Origin: Candidatus Saccharimonadales bacterium
Lineage (GTDB): Bacteria; Patescibacteriota; Saccharimonadia; Saccharimonadales; UBA10212
Direction: 5' to 3'
Length of the DNA: 61,889 bases
Assembly: GCA_038245195.1 (NCBI GenBank)
Contig: JBBRSU010000004.1
Coordinates: 1-61,889, forward strand
A program made the translations under genes and the position numbers. This document shows positions 1 through 9,256 of this stretch, piece by piece (the first letter of the stretch is position 1; every line of letters starts with the position of its first letter). Under the pieces are notes generated by a model. It had not been told where the DNA came from. It saw nothing but the letters and a program-made list of their open reading frames with translations, and made no database searches.

Positions 1-33
1 AAAAAGCTTCAAAATAAATAGCAATCTCACGCT

Positions 34-64
34 AAAAAAGCGTCGGTATTTACCGACGTTTTTT
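34..64 (-). terminator. Rho-independent terminator hairpin 3' of the helicase-nuclease gene (possibly bidirectional)
   Basis: Perfect 7-bp stem CGTCGGT (41-47) / ACCGACG (52-58) with a 4-nt loop. It is flanked by A6 (34-39) and a T-run (59-64). On the minus strand the stem is followed directly by a U-run, just after the stop at 63-65. Confidence 0.7.
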
Positions 65-3000
65 ATTTATTAGCGATTAAATCAGCCTCAAACTGCATAA
101 TACCTGCGATATCCTGAGAATAACTTGAAGTATCGGGCAGATCTAGGGTCATAATTTTTAGCCAAACAGCTTCGATGAGAGACTTCAGTCTGGCGATATC
201 ATCCGCTGTTGGGCTGTAAGCTAAAACTAGTTTCTTGGATATTTGAGCTTCTACATAAACCATTTGACACTCGATTGGTGAACGGCTACTAAATCTTGGG
301 TTGTGGGTAGCCAAAAGTGAATAAAATATCAACTGAAGCTTATGTTTGTAGGCCTTTATAGCTTCCGATTGGTTTACTGTTTGAAGACTGGTGAGTGGTC
401 GGCCGGTTTTATAGTCGATAATCCTGAGACTGTTATTAATTTTGTCGATTCGATCCAGCTTCCCGCTTATTAATGCCCTATCTAGCTGGATATTTTGAAA
501 ATTTTGCTCCGATAAACTAGATTTTGGCAGCTTATAGCCAAAGTCCGTGAATAGCCGCTCTAGGGTCATATAGCCCTTTGGTAGGTAGCGTTTAAAGTCT
601 GATTCCGGTACTTGCTCAGCTTTTAACGCTAAGCTAAATGCTTTTTGGACTTTAGGCAAACTGAATCCATTTTGATTTTGAAGTTTTTGAGAAGCCTCAA
701 GTGCTTTATGGATGGCAGTACCATAGGCTTGGCTGATAGTTTTAATTTCGGGCAATCTTAGCAAATTCCGGTCCTTAAAGTTTTGTGGCCCGCCCCGAGT
801 AACATCTAAGAAATTTAATAGATGTGTAACGCTTAAGTTATAGGTTTCTAAACGAGCTTTTAGAAACTCTTTTTCTAGCCCGCCACTTAAGCTGGGCCAT
901 GTTAGGCTCTGCTCTAAAATTGCAGTTAGCTCAGGGACTGAGTCTTCTCTAACTTGTTCAAGCTTAAATACGGTTTGAGTGATTGAACTAGGAGCTACTT
1001 CTTTGCCGGCGTGGTTTTGATAATAGGAGCTAATACTGAGTGAGGATTTAGCCCGGGTTGCGGCCACATACATAAGACGAACAAAATCATCAAAATCATC
1101 TTGGGCTGGTCTTAGAGGTAGATTGGCCGGTGGCTTTCGGCCGCCTTTTCGGGGCTGCCAATTATCTTCAATCGCATCAATTATATATACGCTATCAAAC
1201 TCCAGCCCCTTGGCTTTATGGACTGTCAATAACTGGACGGCATGAGCCCCGGTGATAAATGGCGATTCATCGGCTACAATTTTGTTATTTTGACGATTTA
1301 TTTCAATAAATCTGACAAAATCATCGATGTTAGCTGTAACTTGTTCAGAAAATTCAAAAACCAACGATCTAAGTAACTGCACTGCCGATAATCCCCGGAA
1401 ATATTTATTGGAATTAGCGGAATCGTTGCCATAGAAATAATCCTTAATTGGCGAGCGAAACTCACCCGAATCCCGTAAGCCCAGCAACTGTTCAAGACTA
1501 ACAGCCAATGGCTGAGAGGCTGTGATTTGAGATAACCCAAGAATCCAATTAGCAACCTGCTTTAAGCTAGAATCACTACCGCTTAACATTGAATCAAGCC
1601 ATGAGCCACCAGGATTGTTTTTTAGGGCTAACTCCCAGAGTCGCCGTGGTTCGATTTTCCACAGAGGGTGTCTGATAATTTGGCCAAGCAACCAATTAGT
1701 TTGTTGTTTATCTCCGCTCTGAACGGCTATCAGTAGTTTCATTAGTAAATAGATTTGTTGAACAATCTCGTGGTCTAAGACGTTACTCTGTTGTTCGTAT
1801 CTCAATGGGACTCCGAGTTGTTGGAGTACCCCCGCCATTCTGATCAAACTATCGTGGCTTCGAGCCAGGATGGCGGTAGTTTTATTGGGTCGATAACTAT
1901 GTTTTATTTCTTGACCAATTCGGCTGAGTTGGAGCTCTCTGGACGAATAACTGCGGGCCACTATTCTGCCAGAGTTAGCCGGCGGGTTAACTGCCACGAG
2001 TTTCTTGCTTAACTTCTTGTCGATATTCACTAACCGGTGCTCAGCTAAAGATATAATCCTTTGAGAACTATCTAAAATGCCTTGGGTCGAGCGATAATTA
2101 TCTTCAAGAATAATCAGCTTGGCGGTTGGGTAATTTTTTCTGAAACCGAGCATGTTATTTAGTTCGGCACCATTAAACTTGAAAATCGATTGGTCGTCGT
2201 CGCCGACAGCCATAAGGTTTGGTCGGTCGTTAGCACTGTGGTGATCGGCCACCAGGTGGGCCAACCGAAGCTGAGCCGGGTTTGTGTCTTGAAACTCATC
2301 AATCATAACGTAGCTAAACCGTTCTTGAATATCGGCTAGAATCTGAGGATTTTGTTCCAGCTGAGATATAGTCTCAACCAGCATATCAGCGTAATCGTAA
2401 AACCCCCGAGCGTGGATTAACTCGCGGTACTGCTCATAAACCGAGGCCAATTCTTGCCACCACAAATTACGACGGCGTTCTTCGAACATCCCTGGTTTAG
2501 AATCCTCAGTTTGAACCCAACGTCGTTTCCAAGCACTAGTGTTAGTTGTCTTACCGAGCAAGTTATCTTTAGAGATTGCTTGATCCAGGGACTCGTCTAT
2601 TACATCGCTCAACGAGCTGAGCGGATAGACTGATTTAGCAATGTTTTGATTAGGTAAGTCGGATATAGCTTGCCTAAAATCAGCAAGATTCTTGTAGGAT
2701 AATTTCTGAGCACAAATTACTACGAACTGCTCTTCAATCTGATCAAGGTAGGCCAAGTTAACACTTATTAAAGAGGAGAGCTTCTTAGGAGTCAGGCCAG
2801 CGTCTTTGGCTAAATTAATTGATCGCTGGATATCACCTATTAAAGTGTATTGACCAGCAAACTTTAGAGATAAAGTGTTATCGAGAGGCAGTTTCGATAC
2901 AATCGATTCGATAATATCGAGCTGTATTGATTCAGGTGCTACTGATAGACTAGCAGCACTCCAGAAAAAATCTGGGTAGCTGTTCATAATCTCACCGGCA

Positions 3001-3284
3001 AAGCTATGGAAAGTGTTGGCTTCTACTCGTGCCCCTTCAGCACCGGCCAAGTTTATAATCCGACTCTTCATATTAGCGGCCGCTTTATTGGTGAAACTTA
3101 GACACAGGATATTTGATGGCTTGGTATCGGTGATTTTAAGGATGTGAGCCACCCTAGTACTTAGTAGCTGGGTTTTACCTGTCCCCGGTCCGGCAATTAC
3201 TAGTACCGGCCCATCAATCTGTTCGACTGCTTGCTTCTGTTTAGCGTTTAATCCTAAAAATGCCTGTTTATAAGTCTTATCCAC
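63..3284 (-). CDS. UvrD/PcrA-family superfamily-1 helicase with a C-terminal PD-(D/E)XK (RecB/AddA-like) nuclease domain
   Basis: 1073-aa ORF. Walker A GPGTGKTQ near the N-terminus, DEFQD (motif II), and VGDDDQSIF / YRS helicase motifs. The C-terminus has GKLDRID...IIDYKTG, typical of RecB-type nuclease motifs. Confidence 0.85.
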   Translation of the reverse strand: MDKTYKQAFLGLNAKQKQAVEQIDGPVLVIAGPGTGKTQLLSTRVAHILKITDTKPSNILCLSFTNKAAANMKSRIINLAGAEGARVEANTFHSFAGEIMNSYPDFFWSAASLSVAPESIQLDIIESIVSKLPLDNTLSLKFAGQYTLIGDIQRSINLAKDAGLTPKKLSSLISVNLAYLDQIEEQFVVICAQKLSYKNLADFRQAISDLPNQNIAKSVYPLSSLSDVIDESLDQAISKDNLLGKTTNTSAWKRRWVQTEDSKPGMFEERRRNLWWQELASVYEQYRELIHARGFYDYADMLVETISQLEQNPQILADIQERFSYVMIDEFQDTNPAQLRLAHLVADHHSANDRPNLMAVGDDDQSIFKFNGAELNNMLGFRKNYPTAKLIILEDNYRSTQGILDSSQRIISLAEHRLVNIDKKLSKKLVAVNPPANSGRIVARSYSSRELQLSRIGQEIKHSYRPNKTTAILARSHDSLIRMAGVLQQLGVPLRYEQQSNVLDHEIVQQIYLLMKLLIAVQSGDKQQTNWLLGQIIRHPLWKIEPRRLWELALKNNPGGSWLDSMLSGSDSSLKQVANWILGLSQITASQPLAVSLEQLLGLRDSGEFRSPIKDYFYGNDSANSNKYFRGLSAVQLLRSLVFEFSEQVTANIDDFVRFIEINRQNNKIVADESPFITGAHAVQLLTVHKAKGLEFDSVYIIDAIEDNWQPRKGGRKPPANLPLRPAQDDFDDFVRLMYVAATRAKSSLSISSYYQNHAGKEVAPSSITQTVFKLEQVREDSVPELTAILEQSLTWPSLSGGLEKEFLKARLETYNLSVTHLLNFLDVTRGGPQNFKDRNLLRLPEIKTISQAYGTAIHKALEASQKLQNQNGFSLPKVQKAFSLALKAEQVPESDFKRYLPKGYMTLERLFTDFGYKLPKSSLSEQNFQNIQLDRALISGKLDRIDKINNSLRIIDYKTGRPLTSLQTVNQSEAIKAYKHKLQLIFYSLLATHNPRFSSRSPIECQMVYVEAQISKKLVLAYSPTADDIARLKSLIEAVWLKIMTLDLPDTSSYSQDIAGIMQFEADLIANK

Positions 3285-3332
3285 AGACTAATTATCTCAT
3301 GCAGACACTAGATTGCTGGTGGGGACGACAGG

Positions 3333-3899
3333 TTATTTTTTTATTCGAGGCAATAATAAAAGCAGATAGCTCCAAGCCAAGACTGCTAGCCAAGCTGCCA
3401 GAGCTAGCCAGGTGTATGTAGAAATTCGGTCTTCATATGGCTTCAGCGATTGGCCGGTGATAATAAAACCATCGTCGGGCGCTTGGCCATATTTGGTGAC
3501 CCTGGTAGCCATTCTAACGCCAGTCTGAGGCTGCCAAGTAAAATGATCGGTTCCATGCAAGCTAGTGAAGCTAAAAACTCCATTTGGGGGTAATGGCGTT
3601 TGGCCATTTAAGACAGCTGAGCTGGCAATAACGTGCTTGGAGTTATCGGTAATAATCATAAAGACCGAGGTGTCGTACTTTAAATCGGTCTTAAGAGTTG
3701 GCGTAACATCTGAAGCATTAGAGTCGCTTTGAAGCTCTTGTTTGGCCACTTGAGAAGTTGTTAGAGGTAAATCATCAGCCGATAGTCTGGTAGATTGTTG
3801 AACCATAGCAAAGCTGGAACCGATGACTAATGTTGCGACCCCAACCAAAGCCAACCACATTCGGACCTGCATGTTAGCTAACAATCTGCGAATAGCCAT
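3333..3899 (-). CDS. Hypothetical bitopic membrane protein (N- and C-terminal TM helices flanking an extracytoplasmic domain of about 130 aa)
   Basis: 188-aa ORF with hydrophobic segments at both ends. No recognisable catalytic motif. Confidence 0.5.
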   Translation of the reverse strand: MAIRRLLANMQVRMWLALVGVATLVIGSSFAMVQQSTRLSADDLPLTTSQVAKQELQSDSNASDVTPTLKTDLKYDTSVFMIITDNSKHVIASSAVLNGQTPLPPNGVFSFTSLHGTDHFTWQPQTGVRMATRVTKYGQAPDDGFIITGQSLKPYEDRISTYTWLALAAWLAVLAWSYLLLLLPRIKK

Positions 3900-3937
3900 A
3901 ATCTAAGCATTATTGTAACAAACCATCCAATTACTGA

Positions 3938-4456
3938 CTATTTACGCACCCATTGCTGGAACTCGAAGTCATATGGCCGATCGGGAACCTGGTTCTTTTT
4001 GTATAGCTCAGATGAGACCATCTTCCATTCTTTTTGGTCTAGTTTGAAGAACTTATCACCTTTGGTAACAGTGGTATGAACGCGTGTAAAGTATATTTTA
4101 TTTACCAGGGGTAATGCTTGATCGAATATTTCACTGCCACCAATTATAAACGCTTCGTCAACACTCTTGAGTTGTGGTAAAGACAGTGCTTCTTCCAGTG
4201 AGTGAGCCACTACGCCACCTTCAGCAACTTTATAATTTGGGTTACGGGTAACGATGATATTGAGCCGTCCCGGCAAAAGACGAGGTTTATCTTTATATGT
4301 TTTAGGTGTTTCATATGTTTTCCGACCCATGATTATCGGATGGCCCATAGTTATTCTCTTAAAAATAAGTTGTTCGCCTCTTACGAACCAAGGAATTTTA
4401 CCGTCCTTTGCGATTACTCCATTATCACTACAAGCGACTACCAAAGATATCTTCAT
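3938..4456 (-). CDS. folA: Dihydrofolate reductase
   Basis: ISLVVA...GVIAKDGKIPW, GRKTYE and IIGGSEIF motifs. The ATG at 4456 lies 4 nt after the thyA stop (TAA-tccc-ATG). The ORF-track start at 4480 is a GTG that would overlap thyA by 20 nt. Confidence 0.85.
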   Translation of the reverse strand: MKISLVVACSDNGVIAKDGKIPWFVRGEQLIFKRITMGHPIIMGRKTYETPKTYKDKPRLLPGRLNIIVTRNPNYKVAEGGVVAHSLEEALSLPQLKSVDEAFIIGGSEIFDQALPLVNKIYFTRVHTTVTKGDKFFKLDQKEWKMVSSELYKKNQVPDRPYDFEFQQWVRK

Positions 4457-4460
4457 GGGA

Positions 4461-5378
4461 TTAAACTGCAATCGGGGCACTTATCGGGGCCTCGGGATTA
4501 TAGTTGATTAATTCAAAGTCCTCGAATTTGAAACTAAAAATATCTTTAACTTTGGGGTTAATTTTCATTTTTGGCAAAGCCTTTGGCTTTCTAGATAATT
4601 GGAGGTCGACCTGCTCAAGGTGATTTGAATAAAGGTGTGTGTCGCCGAAGGTATGTATAAATTCACCGGGTTTTAAGCCACAAACTTGGGCGATCATCAT
4701 TGTCAAGAGAGAGTAGCTGGCAATATTAAATGGCACACCCAAAAATGTGTCGGCACTTCGTTGGTACATTTGACACGATAATTTACCCTTAGCTACATAA
4801 AACTGAAAAAGCAAATGGCAAGGTGGCAGACCCGATATCGTCATTTCATCAATATCGGCCACGTTCCAGGCCGAAACGATCATGCGCCTAGAGTCAGGGC
4901 TATTCTTGATAGTTTCAATAACTTGTTTGATCTGATCAATATGATGTCCTTCCGGTGTCGGCCAATTACGCCATTGATAACCATATACCGGACCTAGCTC
5001 ACCGTGCAATTTGGCAAAATCAGCATCATTTTTTATTTGTTCAGTAAACTGCTTGATGCCCTCTTTCCACTCCGGTCCATTAATCTGCGGTATTTTCTTA
5101 TTTTGTTTTAATAGAAAGGACTTGTACGGCCAATCATCCCAAATATGAACGCCATTATCGACCAGGTATTTGATATTGGTACTTCCCTGGAGAAACCAAA
5201 TTAGCTCATGTATAACCGCCTTCATGTAAAGCTTCTTAGTAGTCATAGCCGGAAAGCCATCTGCTAGATCAAACCGTAGCTGTCGACCAAAAACAGAAAT
5301 CGTACCTACACCAGTCCGGTCCTGTTTTTTAACACCGTTGGTTTTAATATCGTTTAAGAGCTCCAAATACTGCCTCAT
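4461..5378 (-). CDS. thyA: Thymidylate synthase (ThyA type)
   Basis: MRQYLELL N-terminus. DRTGVGT, the active-site region LPPCH, and the [15 protein letters not shown] motif. I chose the ATG at 5378; the 27 extra upstream codons in the ORF track do not look ThyA-like. Confidence 0.92.
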   Translation of the reverse strand: MRQYLELLNDIKTNGVKKQDRTGVGTISVFGRQLRFDLADGFPAMTTKKLYMKAVIHELIWFLQGSTNIKYLVDNGVHIWDDWPYKSFLLKQNKKIPQINGPEWKEGIKQFTEQIKNDADFAKLHGELGPVYGYQWRNWPTPEGHHIDQIKQVIETIKNSPDSRRMIVSAWNVADIDEMTISGLPPCHLLFQFYVAKGKLSCQMYQRSADTFLGVPFNIASYSLLTMMIAQVCGLKPGEFIHTFGDTHLYSNHLEQVDLQLSRKPKALPKMKINPKVKDIFSFKFEDFELINYNPEAPISAPIAV

Positions 5379-5449
5379 AAGTAAAATTATTATAAACCTA
5401 CAACCGCCGGCTTGCGTGTTGTATTTTACTCCTGTTAAGCTTAAGAGTA

Positions 5450-7108
5450 ATGGAAGCATTTTACAGAAGCCTAAAACAAAAAGGCTTTGAAGGAGATATC
5501 GATGATAGTCAGCCTACAAAGCAGTTTTATAGCCACGACGCTTCATTATTTGAAATGGTTCCACAAGTGGTTGTATTCCCCAAAAAAACCGCCGACTTAC
5601 AGAGATTAGTACTAGCGGTAAATGAAAACCGCGGAGCTATACCGGGGTTGTCCTTGACGGCTAGAAGTGCCGGTACCTGCATGTCTGGTGGCTCAATTAG
5701 TGAATCGGTGGTGGTAGAGATGAATCGTTACTTTAATCACATCGAACAAGTAGATCACAACTCCGCACAAACTGAGCCAGGTGTGTTTTATAGGGATTTT
5801 GAGAAAGCAAGTTTAGCCCAAGGTGCCTTGCTGCCCTGCTTCCCAGCTAGCCGGGAGCTTTGTACGGTAGGCGGGATGGTAGCCAATAATTCCGGTGGTG
5901 AAAAATCACTCCAATATGGCAAAACTGAAAATTTTGTCAGCAAACTAGATGTTATTTTATCAGATGGTAAAAACTATACCTTGCGACCCTTGCAGAAACC
6001 GGAGCTCGAAGCTAAAAAAGCTCAAAAGAACTTCGAAGGCGAGATATATCGAAAGATGTTTGAACTACTGGATAATAACTACGATCAAGTTAAAAAAGCC
6101 AAGCCCCATGTTAGTAAAAACTCCACCGGCTACAATCTATGGGACGTCTGGGATCGGGAGACAGGAGTCTTTGATCTAACTAAGCTGTTTACTGGCTCAC
6201 AGGGCACTCTCGGTCTAATCAATAACATTAACTTCAGGTTAATTAATGAAAAACCACACTCCGGGGTCCTAGTAGCCTTCATGAAAAAAAAGAATATGGA
6301 GAAGCTGGGCCAGATCATTAACCAGGTGGCCATAAAAAAACCGGCTAGTTTTGAAGCTTTTGATAACTACACGCTAGAGTTGGCTATTAAGTTTTTCCCA
6401 TATTTCCGAAAGACCTTAGGCTGGGGCGGTTTATTTCGCTTAGCACTCCAATTAATCCCCGATGGGCTGCTGCTGCTTAGGGGTATCCCCAAGATGGTAC
6501 TGTTAATTGAGTTTACCGGTGACACCCCCGAAGAAGTTAGCCAAAAAATTAAGGACATGCATAAGTTACTTAAGCCCTATAATCTTGAAGCTTTTGAAGA
6601 GGACTCCACTGAAGCTAAGGCTTGGAAGTTTAGAATTATTCGCCGGGAAAGTTTTAATTTACTACGGAAAAAAGTTAAAAACAAGCACACTGCCCCCTTC
6701 ATTGATGATTTGGTGGTGCCACCGGCTAAGTTGGTTGATTTTTTACCGCAACTTCAAGCAATTATCAAAAAGTATAATCTAATGGCGACGATTGCCGGCC
6801 ATATGGGAGATGGGAATTTTCATGTTATTCCGTTAATGAAGATAGAAGAACCAGCCGAACGAGCGAAGCTGGCCCCGGCCATGAAAGAAGTTAATGAGCT
6901 AGTTTTGAAGTATGGCGGCTCGCTGTCGGGCGAGCACAACGATGGCATGATAAGGGGTCCTTGGCTGACCCAGATGTACGGACCTCAGATTGTAGATTTG
7001 TTTAAGCAAACCAAGCAGATATTCGACCCCCAGAACATTTTCAATCCCCATAAAAAAACCGATGCCGATTGGGATTTCTCAATGGCCCATATTCGCGAAC
7101 ATTTTTAG
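5450..7108 (+). CDS. FAD-linked oxidase (GlcD / D-lactate dehydrogenase-like, PCMH-type FAD-binding domain)
   Basis: 552 aa. N-terminal FAD-binding-4-like region (VVFPK...[11 protein letters not shown]). C-terminal oxidase domain with [10 protein letters not shown]. Divergent from thyA. Confidence 0.75.
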   Translation: MEAFYRSLKQKGFEGDIDDSQPTKQFYSHDASLFEMVPQVVVFPKKTADLQRLVLAVNENRGAIPGLSLTARSAGTCMSGGSISESVVVEMNRYFNHIEQVDHNSAQTEPGVFYRDFEKASLAQGALLPCFPASRELCTVGGMVANNSGGEKSLQYGKTENFVSKLDVILSDGKNYTLRPLQKPELEAKKAQKNFEGEIYRKMFELLDNNYDQVKKAKPHVSKNSTGYNLWDVWDRETGVFDLTKLFTGSQGTLGLINNINFRLINEKPHSGVLVAFMKKKNMEKLGQIINQVAIKKPASFEAFDNYTLELAIKFFPYFRKTLGWGGLFRLALQLIPDGLLLLRGIPKMVLLIEFTGDTPEEVSQKIKDMHKLLKPYNLEAFEEDSTEAKAWKFRIIRRESFNLLRKKVKNKHTAPFIDDLVVPPAKLVDFLPQLQAIIKKYNLMATIAGHMGDGNFHVIPLMKIEEPAERAKLAPAMKEVNELVLKYGGSLSGEHNDGMIRGPWLTQMYGPQIVDLFKQTKQIFDPQNIFNPHKKTDADWDFSMAHIREHF

Positions 7109-7116
7109 ATAATTAA

Positions 7117-7371
7117 CTAAGTTTGGCTAAGTAGTTTTCGGTGAGCCAAAAATATCCCGCTTCCAACTACCGCCAAGTAGATTAAGCCAGTAACACAGCT
7201 CGATAATATAGCCGAGTGGGTACTGATAACTAGATAAGTTCCGCTTGATAAAGTCATCACAACTAAACCGTAGGCCGAATTCAGCCGGGCTTTAGATGGT
7301 TTAACATACAGATATGTCGTGATTACCAAACTGGCTAGAGCAATTATTATGTGAACCAAAAGCATCTTCAC
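7117..7371 (-). CDS. Small three-TM membrane protein at the 3' end of the cyo operon
   Basis: 84 aa, entirely hydrophobic helices. It lies 15 nt downstream of cyoE on the same strand. The start is a GTG at 7371 or an ATG at 7365. Confidence 0.45.
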   Translation of the reverse strand: MKMLLVHIIIALASLVITTYLYVKPSKARLNSAYGLVVMTLSSGTYLVISTHSAILSSCVTGLIYLAVVGSGIFLAHRKLLSQT

Positions 7372-7386
7372 GTCTTATTATAGAAC

Positions 7387-8163
7387 TCAAAATAGAAATG
7401 AGCCAACTGCTATTAGAAAACTAATTCCAAGATTAACTATCAGAGATGTAAAAAACATTTTTCGCCCCCAAATATCAGCCCTTAAACTTTCTGAAAATCG
7501 AACACCCTGCCATAGCCAATAGGAGCCGAGGGCTATAGAACCAATAAGATATACATAACCCATATCGCCATAGATGAATAAACCGATGCATGCCAAACTA
7601 AAGCCAGCTATGTACACCAGGATCTGGCGTTTAGTTTTAGCCATTCCGCGACTGACTGGCAGAACCGGCAGCCCAGCGGCCTTGTAGTCTTTATATCTAT
7701 ATATAGCAATGGCGTAAAAATGGGGCATCTGCCAAAAAACCAAAATCAAAAAAAGAAACAGTGCTGATGTGTCCAGTCGGTTAGTTACAGCACAATAGCC
7801 AACTAGCGGTGGGATGGCGCCCGGTATACTGCCAATTAGGGTGCCGTGAACCGTATTACGCTTAGCCCAGCCGTATATTACTACGTAAAAAACAAAGGCA
7901 ATCGCGCACAAACTAAGAACTAAATTATTAACAAAAATACCAATCGTCAAAAATCCGATAAGTCCCAGAATCGAAGCAAATACAAGAGCTGATAAAGGCG
8001 AGATTTGATTAACTACTAGGGCTCGGTTTTTAGTTCGGGCCATCTTCTCATCGATCCCTCTATCGATATAGTTATTGAACACACATGCTGAAGCTATGAT
8101 CAAACCCAAGCCTAGAATGGCCTGGATCATCAATCCAATTAACAGCTGGTGTTGAGTTGCCAA
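7387..8163 (-). CDS. cyoE: Heme O synthase (protoheme IX farnesyltransferase); the true N-terminus probably lies upstream of 8163
   Basis: UbiA-family motifs NNYIDRGIDEKMARTKNR and a polytopic profile. The in-frame sequence upstream of the TTG at 8163 encodes KVYYRLTKPGIIYGNLITALAGFF, the conserved first helix of CyoE/CtaB. There is no ATG/GTG/TTG before it. Confidence 0.8.
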   Translation of the reverse strand: MATQHQLLIGLMIQAILGLGLIIASACVFNNYIDRGIDEKMARTKNRALVVNQISPLSALVFASILGLIGFLTIGIFVNNLVLSLCAIAFVFYVVIYGWAKRNTVHGTLIGSIPGAIPPLVGYCAVTNRLDTSALFLFLILVFWQMPHFYAIAIYRYKDYKAAGLPVLPVSRGMAKTKRQILVYIAGFSLACIGLFIYGDMGYVYLIGSIALGSYWLWQGVRFSESLRADIWGRKMFFTSLIVNLGISFLIAVGSFLF

Positions 8164-8246
8164 GAAAAAGCCGGCTAAAGCGGTGATTAAATTACCATAT
8201 ATAATGCCGGGTTTGGTCAGCCGGTAGTAGACCTTAGCCGAGACTA

Positions 8247-8672
8247 TTAGTGGATTCCTTCGTCATTAATAATATATTTGGTAGTTTGAGATGGTGTGGT
8301 GAGCTGGTGACCGTCGTGGGTAGTGCCGTAGCTATCATGATGATAGTTTAGATTGGTTATTATCCAAATTGAACCAAATACTAAAATAAAAACCACGATG
8401 GCTGCAAAGGCTAGGACAATGTTATTCCAACGAGGTTTGGACTCTTTATCCAAGTGCAAAAAGAAAATTAGCTGCACGAACAATTGAGTAATCGATAAAC
8501 ATGCCAAAGCGATAACCATAAAGTTATCTGAAGGGCTAAGGTGATTTTGGCTGATGTGCCTATGCACTAGCCAAAAAGATAGGCCAGTAAGCAACAACGA
8601 TAGCCCAAAGCCAATAGAGTAGCTCTGTAGGCTGCCGTAGCTGGAATCTGGCCGTGATTGGTTTGAGTTCAT
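8247..8672 (-). CDS. cyoD: Cytochrome o ubiquinol oxidase subunit IV with a His-rich C-terminal tail
   Basis: Three TM helices, positioned after cyoC with a 4-nt overlap. 141 aa against about 110 aa typically. The tail is NYHHDSYGTTHDGHQ. Confidence 0.7.
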   Translation of the reverse strand: MNSNQSRPDSSYGSLQSYSIGFGLSLLLTGLSFWLVHRHISQNHLSPSDNFMVIALACLSITQLFVQLIFFLHLDKESKPRWNNIVLAFAAIVVFILVFGSIWIITNLNYHHDSYGTTHDGHQLTTPSQTTKYIINDEGIH

Positions 8673-9256
8673 CTAACTAACCCCAGTAGATAGACGATCG
8701 TAAATATAAATATCCAGACAATGTCTAAAAAGTGCCAAAAAAGACTTAGCATCGTTAAGCGTTTGAGGTTGAACTTGGTCAGCCCCAATTGCCTGACGCG
8801 GACAATCATTACGCCCATCCAGATAAGCCCTGCGGTTATGTGTAGTCCGTGGGTCCCCACCAAGCTAAAGAAAGCCGATAAAAAACCGCTGCGACGCCAA
8901 CTATTACCTTCGTTGTACAAATGGCTAAACTCATGAAGTTCTAAACCCAAAAAAGCCAATCCTAGTACAAAAGTTAAACTGAAAAAAACCAAAACCGCTT
9001 GTCGCTGGCCTTGCCGGGCAGCCAGGATCGCCAAGCCACACAAAAAACTACTGGTCAGAAGAATTAAGGTTTCGGCCAGCACAAAAGACAGGCTAAATAA
9101 ACTCTGAGCTCCAGGCCCGCCATAGGTGTTGTGCCTTAATACTGCGAAAGCTGCGAAAAAACTAGCGAATAATATGCAGTCTGTCATCAAATAAACCCAA
9201 AAACCAAAAAGCGTTTTGGATTCAGCTTCTTGTTCAATGTCGGTCGATTGACTCAT
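8669..9256 (-). CDS. cyoC: Cytochrome o ubiquinol oxidase subunit III
   Basis: 195 aa and five TM helices. Heme-copper oxidase subunit III-like HFLDIVWIFIF motif. Start and stop overlap the neighbouring cyo genes. Confidence 0.85.
   Translation of the reverse strand: MSQSTDIEQEAESKTLFGFWVYLMTDCILFASFFAAFAVLRHNTYGGPGAQSLFSLSFVLAETLILLTSSFLCGLAILAARQGQRQAVLVFFSLTFVLGLAFLGLELHEFSHLYNEGNSWRRSGFLSAFFSLVGTHGLHITAGLIWMGVMIVRVRQLGLTKFNLKRLTMLSLFWHFLDIVWIFIFTIVYLLGLVR

Noticed and set aside
5379-5459. The 27-codon N-terminal extension of thyA, and the similar extensions of folA to 4480, rplA to 57565 and the P-loop ATPase to 61649.
   Set aside because: The conserved N-termini ([18 protein letters not shown]-preceded MAEKAKP, MPKIVLL...GFPGSGKS) begin at internal ATG codons. 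The upstream parts use GTG or TTG, overlap neighbouring genes, or lack an SD.
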